A stretch of 20,000 nt of DNA. Source: an uncultured virus (IMG/VR IMGVR_UViG_3300047322_000261) (Duplodnaviria; Heunggongvirae; Uroviricota; Caudoviricetes). The position numbers and the translations under genes are program-made. Positions 1 to 6,373 of this stretch are shown piece by piece (position 1 is the first letter of the stretch; each line of letters begins with the position of its first letter). Below the pieces are notes generated by a model. The model made no database searches. It had not been told where the DNA came from and saw only the letters and a list, made by a program, of their open reading frames with translations. The DNA lies in the IMG/VR virus record IMGVR_UViG_3300047322_000261; one strand, 5' to 3'.

Positions 1-2
1 GT

Positions 3-1586
3 CTTGACTGTTACAATGTCGCTGTCTTCTGGATGTTCGGCGTTGTCTTTGGTGATACCTAGGATAAGGTTGGCTGATTCCTCTAGCTCTCCCGCACCGC
101 GAGCATCGTGTAAGGATAGGGCCTTCCTAGCTCCACGATTTCCCTTGTCGTCTTTTTGTGGTCTACCTACCTGAGAACCCATAACAACAACGGTTCCTGT
201 GTTCTTGGCTAATACCTTAGCCTGCTGTGCCTTAGCCGCCATAGCTTCGTATCGGTTGAACGACACGCCTTTAACAAGACCCATGTAGTCAATCATTACC
301 ATAGCCGGATGCTTGCCAAACTTTAACTCTGATTGCTCGATCAGTCTCTCCATGTAATCCATTGTTATTCCTGATCTGTCGCAGGTTAGGATATGTTCTA
401 GGTTCTTAAACTTCTCTTTCATAGAAGCTGTTCCTTCTCGGTAATCTTTAAGAACGTCGTCTTCTAGGCAGTTACATTCCATCTGGGTGTTACGCATGAA
501 CATAGCTTCAAGTGGTAGCTCTAGCTCAAAGAACAACGTTGGCAGAGGCTTTGCAGACCTAGCCATGTATTGCATGAACGCTGTCTTGCCTTGCCCTGTG
601 TCACCCATGACCATGATTAACTCTCCCGGCATCATGGTTTTGTTACCGTAAGCGGGAGCTAGTCTACCTAGCGAGAACCCGCGAGTATTGACTTCCTTAA
701 CATATTCCTTAAACTGTTCTTCCATTTCGTAAACAGTGTAAAGAGGCAAAGGCTCGATAGCCATAACTGCCGACATAATAAGATTCCTTACAGCGGTAGA
801 CTTGTCTTCCTGCGTCTCAAGGTAGTCAGAAATATCCTTAAACTCTTTAGGGATGTTGACTTTCTTGGCTGAGTTTACCTTACCGTCTAGCGATGCTATG
901 ACTGCTCTGTAATGCTTGTCTCCTGCCGCGTCATTGTCCGAAAAGATCAGAACGTTCCTTCCCTTGAGAAACTCAGAATAGGCCGGAAACCACGAGCTAG
1001 AACCACCGCAATGAGTAGTAGCGCAGTATCCTAACCCTATAAGGGTGTCTGCATCTTTCTCTCCCTCGCAAAGTAACACGGTCTCTGACTTCATTACTTC
1101 GGGTAGATTGTATAACACGCGGGTTATACCATCAAGACTCCAATTCCAATCATCGCCTTCTGGTTGACGCTGGCGGAACGACTTAGGCTCATACCTAACT
1201 ACTTGGTATAGTAACTTGCCAGTCTCGTCGGTGTAGTCGTAGGTCTTTACTTCTTTAGATTCTAGGGTGGCGGAAGGGGTCGGAGTCTGCACAGTCCCTT
1301 GTCCGCTTTTATTAGCAGGCTCCCCGCCACCCAATTCTTCAACAGCTTGCTTAAAGTCCATTCCTTTCTCCATCATAACCCAATCTATTGAAGTCCCGCC
1401 TGTGTCGCAGTCGTTACAGTGCCACACGTTCTTTCCTACGTCTAGGCTTACACATAGGTGCATCCTGCCATGTTCGGTTGTTGGACATTTGTTGGTGACG
1501 TAGTTATTTCCGGCTCGGCGTAAACTCGCCCCTCGGCCTTGAACGAACGAATGGATTGGGTATTTCTTGATTTCTTCTGTTGTCAT
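3..1586 (-). CDS. Bifunctional primase-helicase (CHC2 zinc finger + TOPRIM + DnaB-like SF4 helicase), partial, runs off left edge
   Basis: Not in the ORF track because it has no stop in the window. Manual translation from ATG 1586 (ATGA overlap with upstream stop) gives MTTEEIKKYPIH...KCPTTEH...WHCNDCDTGG (zinc finger), VLLCEGEKDADTL...VLIFSDNDAAGD (TOPRIM), PGELIMVMGDTGQGKT (Walker A), VMIDYMGL (Walker B), VVVMGSQVGR and HDARGAGELEESANLILG (SF4 H3/H4-like). Confidence 0.93.
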   Translation of the reverse strand, partial: MTTEEIKKYPIHSFVQGRGASLRRAGNNYVTNKCPTTEHGRMHLCVSLDVGKNVWHCNDCDTGGTSIDWVMMEKGMDFKQAVEELGGGEPANKSGQGTVQTPTPSATLESKEVKTYDYTDETGKLLYQVVRYEPKSFRQRQPEGDDWNWSLDGITRVLYNLPEVMKSETVLLCEGEKDADTLIGLGYCATTHCGGSSSWFPAYSEFLKGRNVLIFSDNDAAGDKHYRAVIASLDGKVNSAKKVNIPKEFKDISDYLETQEDKSTAVRNLIMSAVMAIEPLPLYTVYEMEEQFKEYVKEVNTRGFSLGRLAPAYGNKTMMPGELIMVMGDTGQGKTAFMQYMARSAKPLPTLFFELELPLEAMFMRNTQMECNCLEDDVLKDYREGTASMKEKFKNLEHILTCDRSGITMDYMERLIEQSELKFGKHPAMVMIDYMGLVKGVSFNRYEAMAAKAQQAKVLAKNTGTVVVMGSQVGRPQKDDKGNRGARKALSLHDARGAGELEESANLILGITKDNAEHPEDSDIVTVK

Positions 1587-1789
1587 TTTGTTAGTGCGTT
1601 TTCTCCTGTTACTGCTTTCATAAAAGTGTCGTGATTTGGAAGGTATCGTTCCTGCATAGCCCATAGTTTTGTAGGAAACAATGGTGAGTTTCGGATAATC
1701 CAACCCTCTGCTTCGGCGTAACTACGTAGCGGTAACGGACACGCCTTTTGTCTATTGTCTTCTCTAATTACATACCATATCTCATTCAT
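1583..1789 (-). CDS. Hypothetical phage protein, 68 aa
   Basis: ATGA overlaps at both ends within the leftward operon; no recognisable motif. Confidence 0.7.
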   Translation of the reverse strand: MNEIWYVIREDNRQKACPLPLRSYAEAEGWIIRNSPLFPTKLWAMQERYLPNHDTFMKAVTGENALTK

Positions 1790-1971
1790 TGTATTATGTA
1801 TCCTTCAACGGTTGACCAAAAAGGTTTGAATGGCTCTATGCTCTGTGCCTCAATAGCACCTATTTCAGCTTCCATAGCGTAAGGGTTATCTGAATAAACA
1901 TAGACTCGATGGTCTCCATGTCCTGAGTCTACCAACTCAGTTAGTTTGTCTCTTAGTTTTTCAATGGTCAT
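1786..1971 (-). CDS. Hypothetical phage protein, 61 aa
   Basis: ATG start, ATGA overlap with the downstream gene, N-terminus MTIEKLRDKLTELVDSGHGD resembles common small phage proteins. Confidence 0.7.
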   Translation of the reverse strand: MTIEKLRDKLTELVDSGHGDHRVYVYSDNPYAMEAEIGAIEAQSIEPFKPFWSTVEGYIIQ

Positions 1972-2072
1972 ATTAATTTTATGCTAGCAGCTAGCTGGTT
2001 ATTTATTCCTCTTATTGGCTATTGATTAGTGTAACAAAAACCCGCGTGCGGTGATTGTGTTGCGCGGTTGTT

Positions 2073-2092
2073 CTCAAGTGTGCTCAAGTGTG
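2073..2092. repeat. Perfect 10-bp tandem repeat CTCAAGTGTG x2
   Basis: Directly visible at 2073-2082 and 2083-2092; the copy at 2073-2082 contains the TGA that ends the HTH gene on the minus strand. Confidence 0.85.
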
Positions 2093-2409
2093 CTAACATG
2101 CTCATGCTGGTTGCTTCCGTAAATCTTCCATAAGGTATGAGTCCATCGACCACCCTCTGCGTGTTCCTGAGACCTGCTCAGTAGCTTTAACGATTCAAGC
2201 TCTTTAGCAAAACGCCATATACTCATTCGGCTAACTCCTAGAGCCTTAGCAAGAGTAAGAGTTGACGGGAAAGCTACACTTTGTTGCGGAGCGCAGTAGG
2301 ACTTAAGAGCTAAATACAAACACTTTCCACCCATTGAAATTTCTGGATTAAGTATAAACTCTTTTCTAACAGGAAACGACCAATCGCCTTCATAAATTAT
2401 CCTATTCAT
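2074..2409 (-). CDS. Winged-HTH protein resembling the N-terminal domain of phage replication initiators
   Basis: ILNPEISMGGKCLYLALKSYC...AFPSTLTLAKALGVSRMSIWRFAKELESLKLL matches the pattern of replication-initiator HTH domains; located upstream of the primase-helicase. Confidence 0.8.
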   Translation of the reverse strand: MNRIIYEGDWSFPVRKEFILNPEISMGGKCLYLALKSYCAPQQSVAFPSTLTLAKALGVSRMSIWRFAKELESLKLLSRSQEHAEGGRWTHTLWKIYGSNQHEHVSTLEHT

Positions 2410-2768
2410 CCTTGCAGGTCGTCTTGAATATACTTACTGTGAGACAGTAGAGACCTTCTAGCCTCTAGCATACACCTACCAGTTTCGTAGTTATAGATCG
2501 TCTGGTGGGCATCCTCTACTCGTTTTCTAAGGTTATCCATGTCAGAAATAAAATGCTCTGACGTTCTGGCAAAATACTCGGCCTTAGCCACAGAATCACC
2601 AGACAAAAGGTAGGGATTCATGTGTTTAGCTAGTATGCTTTTACGATCATCAGAGGCAAACTCTAGTATCTGTTTAGCCTCGCCAGCTAAGTCAGAAAGG
2701 TCTTTAACCATTACCATTGCTTCGTTTAATTCCTTGGCGATTTCAACAGATTGTGTATGGTCACTCAC
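2406..2768 (-). CDS. Alpha-helical/coiled-coil protein, possibly UvsY-like recombination mediator
   Basis: 120 aa, helical composition, SVAKAEYFARTS...EARRSLLS pattern, next to SSB and nuclease genes. ORF is well supported; function is a weak inference. Confidence 0.5.
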   Translation of the reverse strand: MSDHTQSVEIAKELNEAMVMVKDLSDLAGEAKQILEFASDDRKSILAKHMNPYLLSGDSVAKAEYFARTSEHFISDMDNLRKRVEDAHQTIYNYETGRCMLEARRSLLSHSKYIQDDLQG

Positions 2769-2773
2769 TACTT

Positions 2774-2807
2774 AGTATCTCACACTCTTAGGTTTGGACA
2801 ACGGAAA
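2774..2807 (-). promoter_or_regulatory. Sigma70-like leaderless promoter for gene 2768
   Basis: Minus strand TTTCCG-TTGTCC(2801-2796)-16 nt ending TGA-GATACT(2779-2774)-5 nt-GTG start; shares TTTCCGTTG with two other promoters. Confidence 0.55.
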
Positions 2808-2817
2808 CGTTGTAACA

Positions 2818-3087
2818 TTATTTGTAGAGTATGTATCCTTTCTCTCTAGCCTCGCGTTTGTGGTCTTCGATCCAGTTGTGGTGAATAATACAGACCGTCA
2901 TAAACGTGGTGCTATCGTTTAGATACTTTCCTCTACGCATCTTATGATGGATTGTTACACCATAGTCACTTCCGCAGATTTCACAGAACGGGTGAGTAGC
3001 AAGATAAGCTGGCTTAGTGTAGTGATTGAAGCAATGAAGCTCTCTAGCTAGCTTGTTACTTACTCTCTTAAGTGGTGTTCGTCTCAT
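2818..3087 (-). CDS. HNH endonuclease family protein
   Basis: CEICG...TIHHK..RG...MTVCIIHHNWI zinc/HNH pattern with a basic MRRTPLKR N-terminus. Confidence 0.85.
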   Translation of the reverse strand: MRRTPLKRVSNKLARELHCFNHYTKPAYLATHPFCEICGSDYGVTIHHKMRRGKYLNDSTTFMTVCIIHHNWIEDHKREAREKGYILYK

Positions 3088-3530
3088 ATTAGGTCTTTTA
3101 CGTGTGTTACTGGAGGATTATGAGGATGAGGGTAGAAGTCATTAAATCTAGCCATTTGAGATAGCTGCGCGTCTAAGTGTTTCCAGTTGGTAGAGTCTAT
3201 ATTAACCCAAACGTCAGGAAACTTATCCATGAATTGAGTATCAAGTTTAGTGCATCCTAAGCCGTGGTGGATGCCATACCCGCCTTTCATCGAATAGGTG
3301 TATGAACACCAATGATAGGGGCAATCGAGTAGGGCCTGTATAGCACCCGGCCACGGAATAATATCATGCTCTACTATAACAACGGTCTCACGCCTTTCCC
3401 ATAGCTCGCATAACAGCTTCCAGTAATCATCATCCCCGCGCATCTCTATAAACTCAATTTCGGGACGCTCTTGACGGAGAATTTTTCTAATCAATGGCTC
3501 ATGCCAAGTATAGGGACAGATTACTTTCAT
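3084..3530 (-). CDS. Small GT-A-fold glycosyltransferase-like protein
   Basis: N-terminal beta strand VICPY, VVIVEHDIIP (DxD-like EHD after a hydrophobic strand), GLGCTKL, W.HLD and C-terminal VTH, as in GT2-like enzymes; only 148 aa. Confidence 0.6.
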   Translation of the reverse strand: MKVICPYTWHEPLIRKILRQERPEIEFIEMRGDDDYWKLLCELWERRETVVIVEHDIIPWPGAIQALLDCPYHWCSYTYSMKGGYGIHHGLGCTKLDTQFMDKFPDVWVNIDSTNWKHLDAQLSQMARFNDFYPHPHNPPVTHVKDLI

Positions 3531-4192
3531 TTCTTGTTAATTGCGCGGAACGCATAGTATAGGTCTAGCTGGCGTTGAAAAACGTTCCAGTGCTTCTCAA
3601 GGTCATCTAGCCACCTAACTTCCGTATCCTTTGGGTTGTCTTTACCGTGACGAAAGATAACTCGGCGTTTAATATGTTCCTCGTTATTCTCGTTCCAAAG
3701 GTTCTCATATCCGGCTACTTGGCGATAGAAGCTTCCATAAATACTTGGAGAGCTTTTTTCGTCTACTAACACTAATTCCTTGTCTTTATCTCTAGCAACA
3801 ATGTCTAGCGTTCCACCAAACTTATAGTTCTCACTTACTAGCTCTAGCTCGCTAGCAACATACTCAAGACCTTCCTTACCCCAAGTTGTCTTGAATTTCT
3901 CAAAGACCTGAGTGCCACCATCAATGGCTACCTTGGAGTATTCCTGTAGGTCAGGGTCGTCTCCCTTAAGCCAGCACTCAATGAGAAAGTGAGCTACTGA
4001 ACCTATATTAGCGGCTACCTCTGTTACCTTTTTGTAGTCCTGTTTATCTAGTCCGAGTTTCCACGCCCAAGCTATAAGGAATGACTGGTCTTCCCCAACC
4101 TTGGAAACAGTAGAACCACCCGGACAGATAGAACCGTCTTTTAACCTATAGATAACATGAGCGCGTGTTGCGCTAAGCTTACGCAGAGCCAT
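3527..4192 (-). CDS. PD-(D/E)XK exonuclease (RecB/Cas4-like phage nuclease)
   Basis: AANIGSVAHFLIE, ASELELVS..YKFGGTLDIV, LVDEKSS, QVAGY motifs. Start placed at ATG 4192 (MALRKLS) rather than the track's 4270, giving only a short overlap with the SSB stop. Confidence 0.88.
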   Translation of the reverse strand: MALRKLSATRAHVIYRLKDGSICPGGSTVSKVGEDQSFLIAWAWKLGLDKQDYKKVTEVAANIGSVAHFLIECWLKGDDPDLQEYSKVAIDGGTQVFEKFKTTWGKEGLEYVASELELVSENYKFGGTLDIVARDKDKELVLVDEKSSPSIYGSFYRQVAGYENLWNENNEEHIKRRVIFRHGKDNPKDTEVRWLDDLEKHWNVFQRQLDLYYAFRAINKK

Positions 4193-4784
4193 GTAGGAAG
4201 TCGTAGAATTTAGCGGCCAGCTTAACAATCTTTTCTGGACTTCCTTCTCCTGAAGCGGCAGACAGATCAACGGCAGCTTTAAGGGCTACCTGTTTCTCGA
4301 TTGACTCACGTTTGGTTTCCTCAGAAACGAACCTAGTGTTCTTAACCACCATCTCTGACGGTTTGGGTGTTAATTGCTCGGCTAACTCGTCTGTCTCGGT
4401 AGCGTTGAACACTTCCTTAACATCTTCCTCTGTAACAGGCCCACCTGTAACTTGGTCGATCTTAACGTGCTTCTCTACCTTAAGCTGTTTCTTTCCCTTG
4501 TATTCATCAACGGTGATTCCGCTAATCCTGCCCTTACTGTCTTCCTGAGCTAACAAGATAACATCTTCACCCTCAAGGTTGCGAAGGTCTAGGTTAAATC
4601 GGTTCCAAAAGGTAGCCCGAATCTCACCATCGAAATCCTTAAGGATAGCAGCCTGCATCTTCCAAGGCCTTCCGTTAGCTTCACCTTCCCCCGGTTCAAA
4701 CCCTTTCTTTACCTGAACTGCCAGTTTTAGGACTGGCGAACCCTTAGCTAGCTCATCAATATCCGCGATTGTAACTTGATTCAT
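4179..4784 (-). CDS. OB-fold single-stranded DNA-binding protein
   Basis: WKMQAAILKDFDGEIRATFW is an RPA/SSB-type OB-fold signature; acidic linker; C-terminal SIEKQVALKAAVD helix as in phage SSB-like proteins. Confidence 0.72.
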   Translation of the reverse strand: MNQVTIADIDELAKGSPVLKLAVQVKKGFEPGEGEANGRPWKMQAAILKDFDGEIRATFWNRFNLDLRNLEGEDVILLAQEDSKGRISGITVDEYKGKKQLKVEKHVKIDQVTGGPVTEEDVKEVFNATETDELAEQLTPKPSEMVVKNTRFVSEETKRESIEKQVALKAAVDLSAASGEGSPEKIVKLAAKFYDFLHGSA

Positions 4785-4793
4785 ATATGAATT

Positions 4794-4827
4794 AATATAG
4801 CACAGGTTTAACTAGCCACAACGGAAA
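4794..4827 (-). promoter_or_regulatory. Leftward promoter of the replication arm (extended -10)
   Basis: Minus strand TTTCCG-TTGTGG(4821-4816)-16 nt ending TGC-TATATT(4799-4794)-9 nt-ATG 4784. Confidence 0.6.
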
Positions 4828-4828
4828 T

Positions 4829-4857
4829 TTGACACACCCCTTCCAGTAACATAATAT
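4829..4857 (+). promoter_or_regulatory. Rightward sigma70-type promoter for the capsid leader/gene
   Basis: TTGACA(4829-4834)-17 nt-TAATAT(4852-4857), back-to-back with the leftward promoter. Confidence 0.75.
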
Positions 4858-4861
4858 AACA

Positions 4862-5085
4862 ATGGGACTGAAAGTAAGTCGCTGTAACCCTAAGCAGCCT
4901 CTAATATCCGTAACCTAGAGTAGTTAGCTTGTTACCCTGAGGTAACATGAACCGAGCTAGCATTGGTAACGAGAAGGGTTCGCAACATAAGTCGTGGAGC
5001 TACGTGTGTGGTTCCTGCGTTGCGTTCAAGAACCCTTTGGAGGCAATGTAAGACATAAATAAGGGTAACAGAAAGAATAACTTAT
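4862..5085 (+). ncRNA. Candidate structured 5' leader RNA of the major capsid gene
   Basis: Longest non-coding stretch in the window, almost fully tiled by helices: GACT/AGTC, GCTG/CAGC, CTCTA/TAGAG, GTTAGCT/AGCTAGC enclosing TGTTACC/GGTAACA, and CATTG/CAATG enclosing AAGGGTTC/GAACCCTT, GCAAC/GTTGC and GGAGCTAC/GTGGTTCC. Confidence 0.55.
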
Positions 5086-6291
5086 ATGGCTTATCCTAAT
5101 GACTGTCTGTCACCAGCAGTCGCACTGGACATTGCAAATAAGGATTCTCTACGTATCGTTGGGCAGGTTGCCATGACGATTGCGCAGCGTTCGGCATATA
5201 CCGACACGATTGACGGTGGGACATTGGAAAATGTTTCTGACGTTGTTCGTTCGATCACTGGCGAAGCTGCGGTTCCTTCTGCTTCTCTGACTCGACCCAT
5301 TTTCGTTCCCGCTGCTAACGCTTGCGGAACGGGTGGTGGCGTTGACCAGACAGGCACTACGGAATATCAATTCCAATTGATGAATCTTCGTGGCCGTGGG
5401 CCTAAGGTGTGTGTTAAGACTACGAGAACTGGCTTTATCTCCAGTTATACTCATGCTCTTAACTCGCTGAAACAGATGCTTGTCAGGTTGCAAAACGCGG
5501 ATATTCGCGCTAACTACTATGACAACTCTGGATGTAAGTGTATTGTAGACTCGACTGGGACGTTCGCACAGGACTTCGCAGGAGATGTTAATGCGCTTAG
5601 CACAGCGTTCCCTAGCAGGACACCTAATGCTCCGATTACGTTTCGTTCGCTTGAAGTTGTAATGACTTACATGCGTGAGACGTTAGGGGTTCAACCCGTT
5701 GACATGGCAGGCGTGCAGGAAGGTGTATTCAAATTCATCGGCTCGCAGTTTGCTATTCAGTCAATGCGCGATGAGCTTCACATCGGTCAGGACACCCGCG
5801 CCTTGGTTCAAGGTGGGTATGATCTAGGATATGAAACTGTGAGAGGCTACGGCTGGTCTGGGCCTTATCATGGTATTGTATTCGGGGTTGACCCTGAGCC
5901 GTTGAGAGGCACTACGCTTGCAGCGGGTGTTCTTACGCTCATTGAGCCCGGAACGGCAGTAGCTACAACCACAGGTTTTGGGTATCGTCCTAATGCCTCA
6001 TGGGTGTCTGCTACATACGAAGTAGGATTCTTGTTTGGTAAAAGCCCATTTGCACGATTGGTTCCGACCTATCAGAGAGTTCCCGGATGGGACTTCCCTG
6101 CTCAGATCGCCAATGGTGGATTGGACTTCAAGATTCTTAGCGACGCTGATTGCAATTTCTGGGAAGACTTCGGTCAACACAGATACGAAATTGAGCGAGC
6201 TTATCAGCCTATCCATCCTCATGCTGTGTGTGCCTTCATGGCAACACGCGCATCGTTTGGTGCTGGTTGGAGCAACGCGCTCACCTACTAA
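5086..6291 (+). CDS. Putative major capsid protein
   Basis: 401 aa, first gene of the structural arm, own strong promoter, followed by a GC-rich hairpin. From memory, segments such as IDGGTLENVSDVVRS, EYQFQL..LRG.GP.VCVK and DCN...DFGQH.Y.I.RA.QPI.P resemble capsid proteins of uncultured environmental phages; not verified by search. Confidence 0.75.
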   Translation: MAYPNDCLSPAVALDIANKDSLRIVGQVAMTIAQRSAYTDTIDGGTLENVSDVVRSITGEAAVPSASLTRPIFVPAANACGTGGGVDQTGTTEYQFQLMNLRGRGPKVCVKTTRTGFISSYTHALNSLKQMLVRLQNADIRANYYDNSGCKCIVDSTGTFAQDFAGDVNALSTAFPSRTPNAPITFRSLEVVMTYMRETLGVQPVDMAGVQEGVFKFIGSQFAIQSMRDELHIGQDTRALVQGGYDLGYETVRGYGWSGPYHGIVFGVDPEPLRGTTLAAGVLTLIEPGTAVATTTGFGYRPNASWVSATYEVGFLFGKSPFARLVPTYQRVPGWDFPAQIANGGLDFKILSDADCNFWEDFGQHRYEIERAYQPIHPHAVCAFMATRASFGAGWSNALTY

Positions 6292-6312
6292 TTAGTAGGG
6301 TAGAGTAACAGT

Positions 6313-6345
6313 AAGGCGGGGGAGTAAAATCCCTCGCCTTGCTTG
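6313..6345 (+). terminator. Hairpin after capsid gene, probable leaky intrinsic terminator
   Basis: AAGGCGGGGGA-GTAAAA-TCCCTCGCCTT 11-bp stem with one G-U; weak U tract (TTGCTTG) overlapping the next -35 box. Confidence 0.65.
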
Positions 6346-6368
6346 CTATATAGTCATAGCTGTAATAT
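6339..6368 (+). promoter_or_regulatory. Leaderless promoter for gene 6374
   Basis: TTGCTT(6339-6344)-18 nt ending TG-TAATAT(6363-6368)-5 nt-ATG. Confidence 0.65.
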
Positions 6369-6373
6369 CTAAT

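Noticed and set aside
1267..1503. 78-aa plus-strand ORF
   Set aside because: Antisense to the primase zinc-finger region; shadow ORF.
3527..4192. CRISPR-Cas system suggested by a Cas4-like nuclease
   Set aside because: No repeat-spacer array or other cas genes; such nucleases are common in phage recombination modules.
4312..4548. 78-aa plus-strand ORF
   Set aside because: Antisense to the SSB gene, TTG start, no supporting signals.
4862..5085. Hammerhead ribozyme, tRNA or group I intron in the capsid leader
   Set aside because: CTGA at 4937 is followed by GGT rather than the CUGANGA core, there is no cloverleaf, and no interrupted gene is evident.
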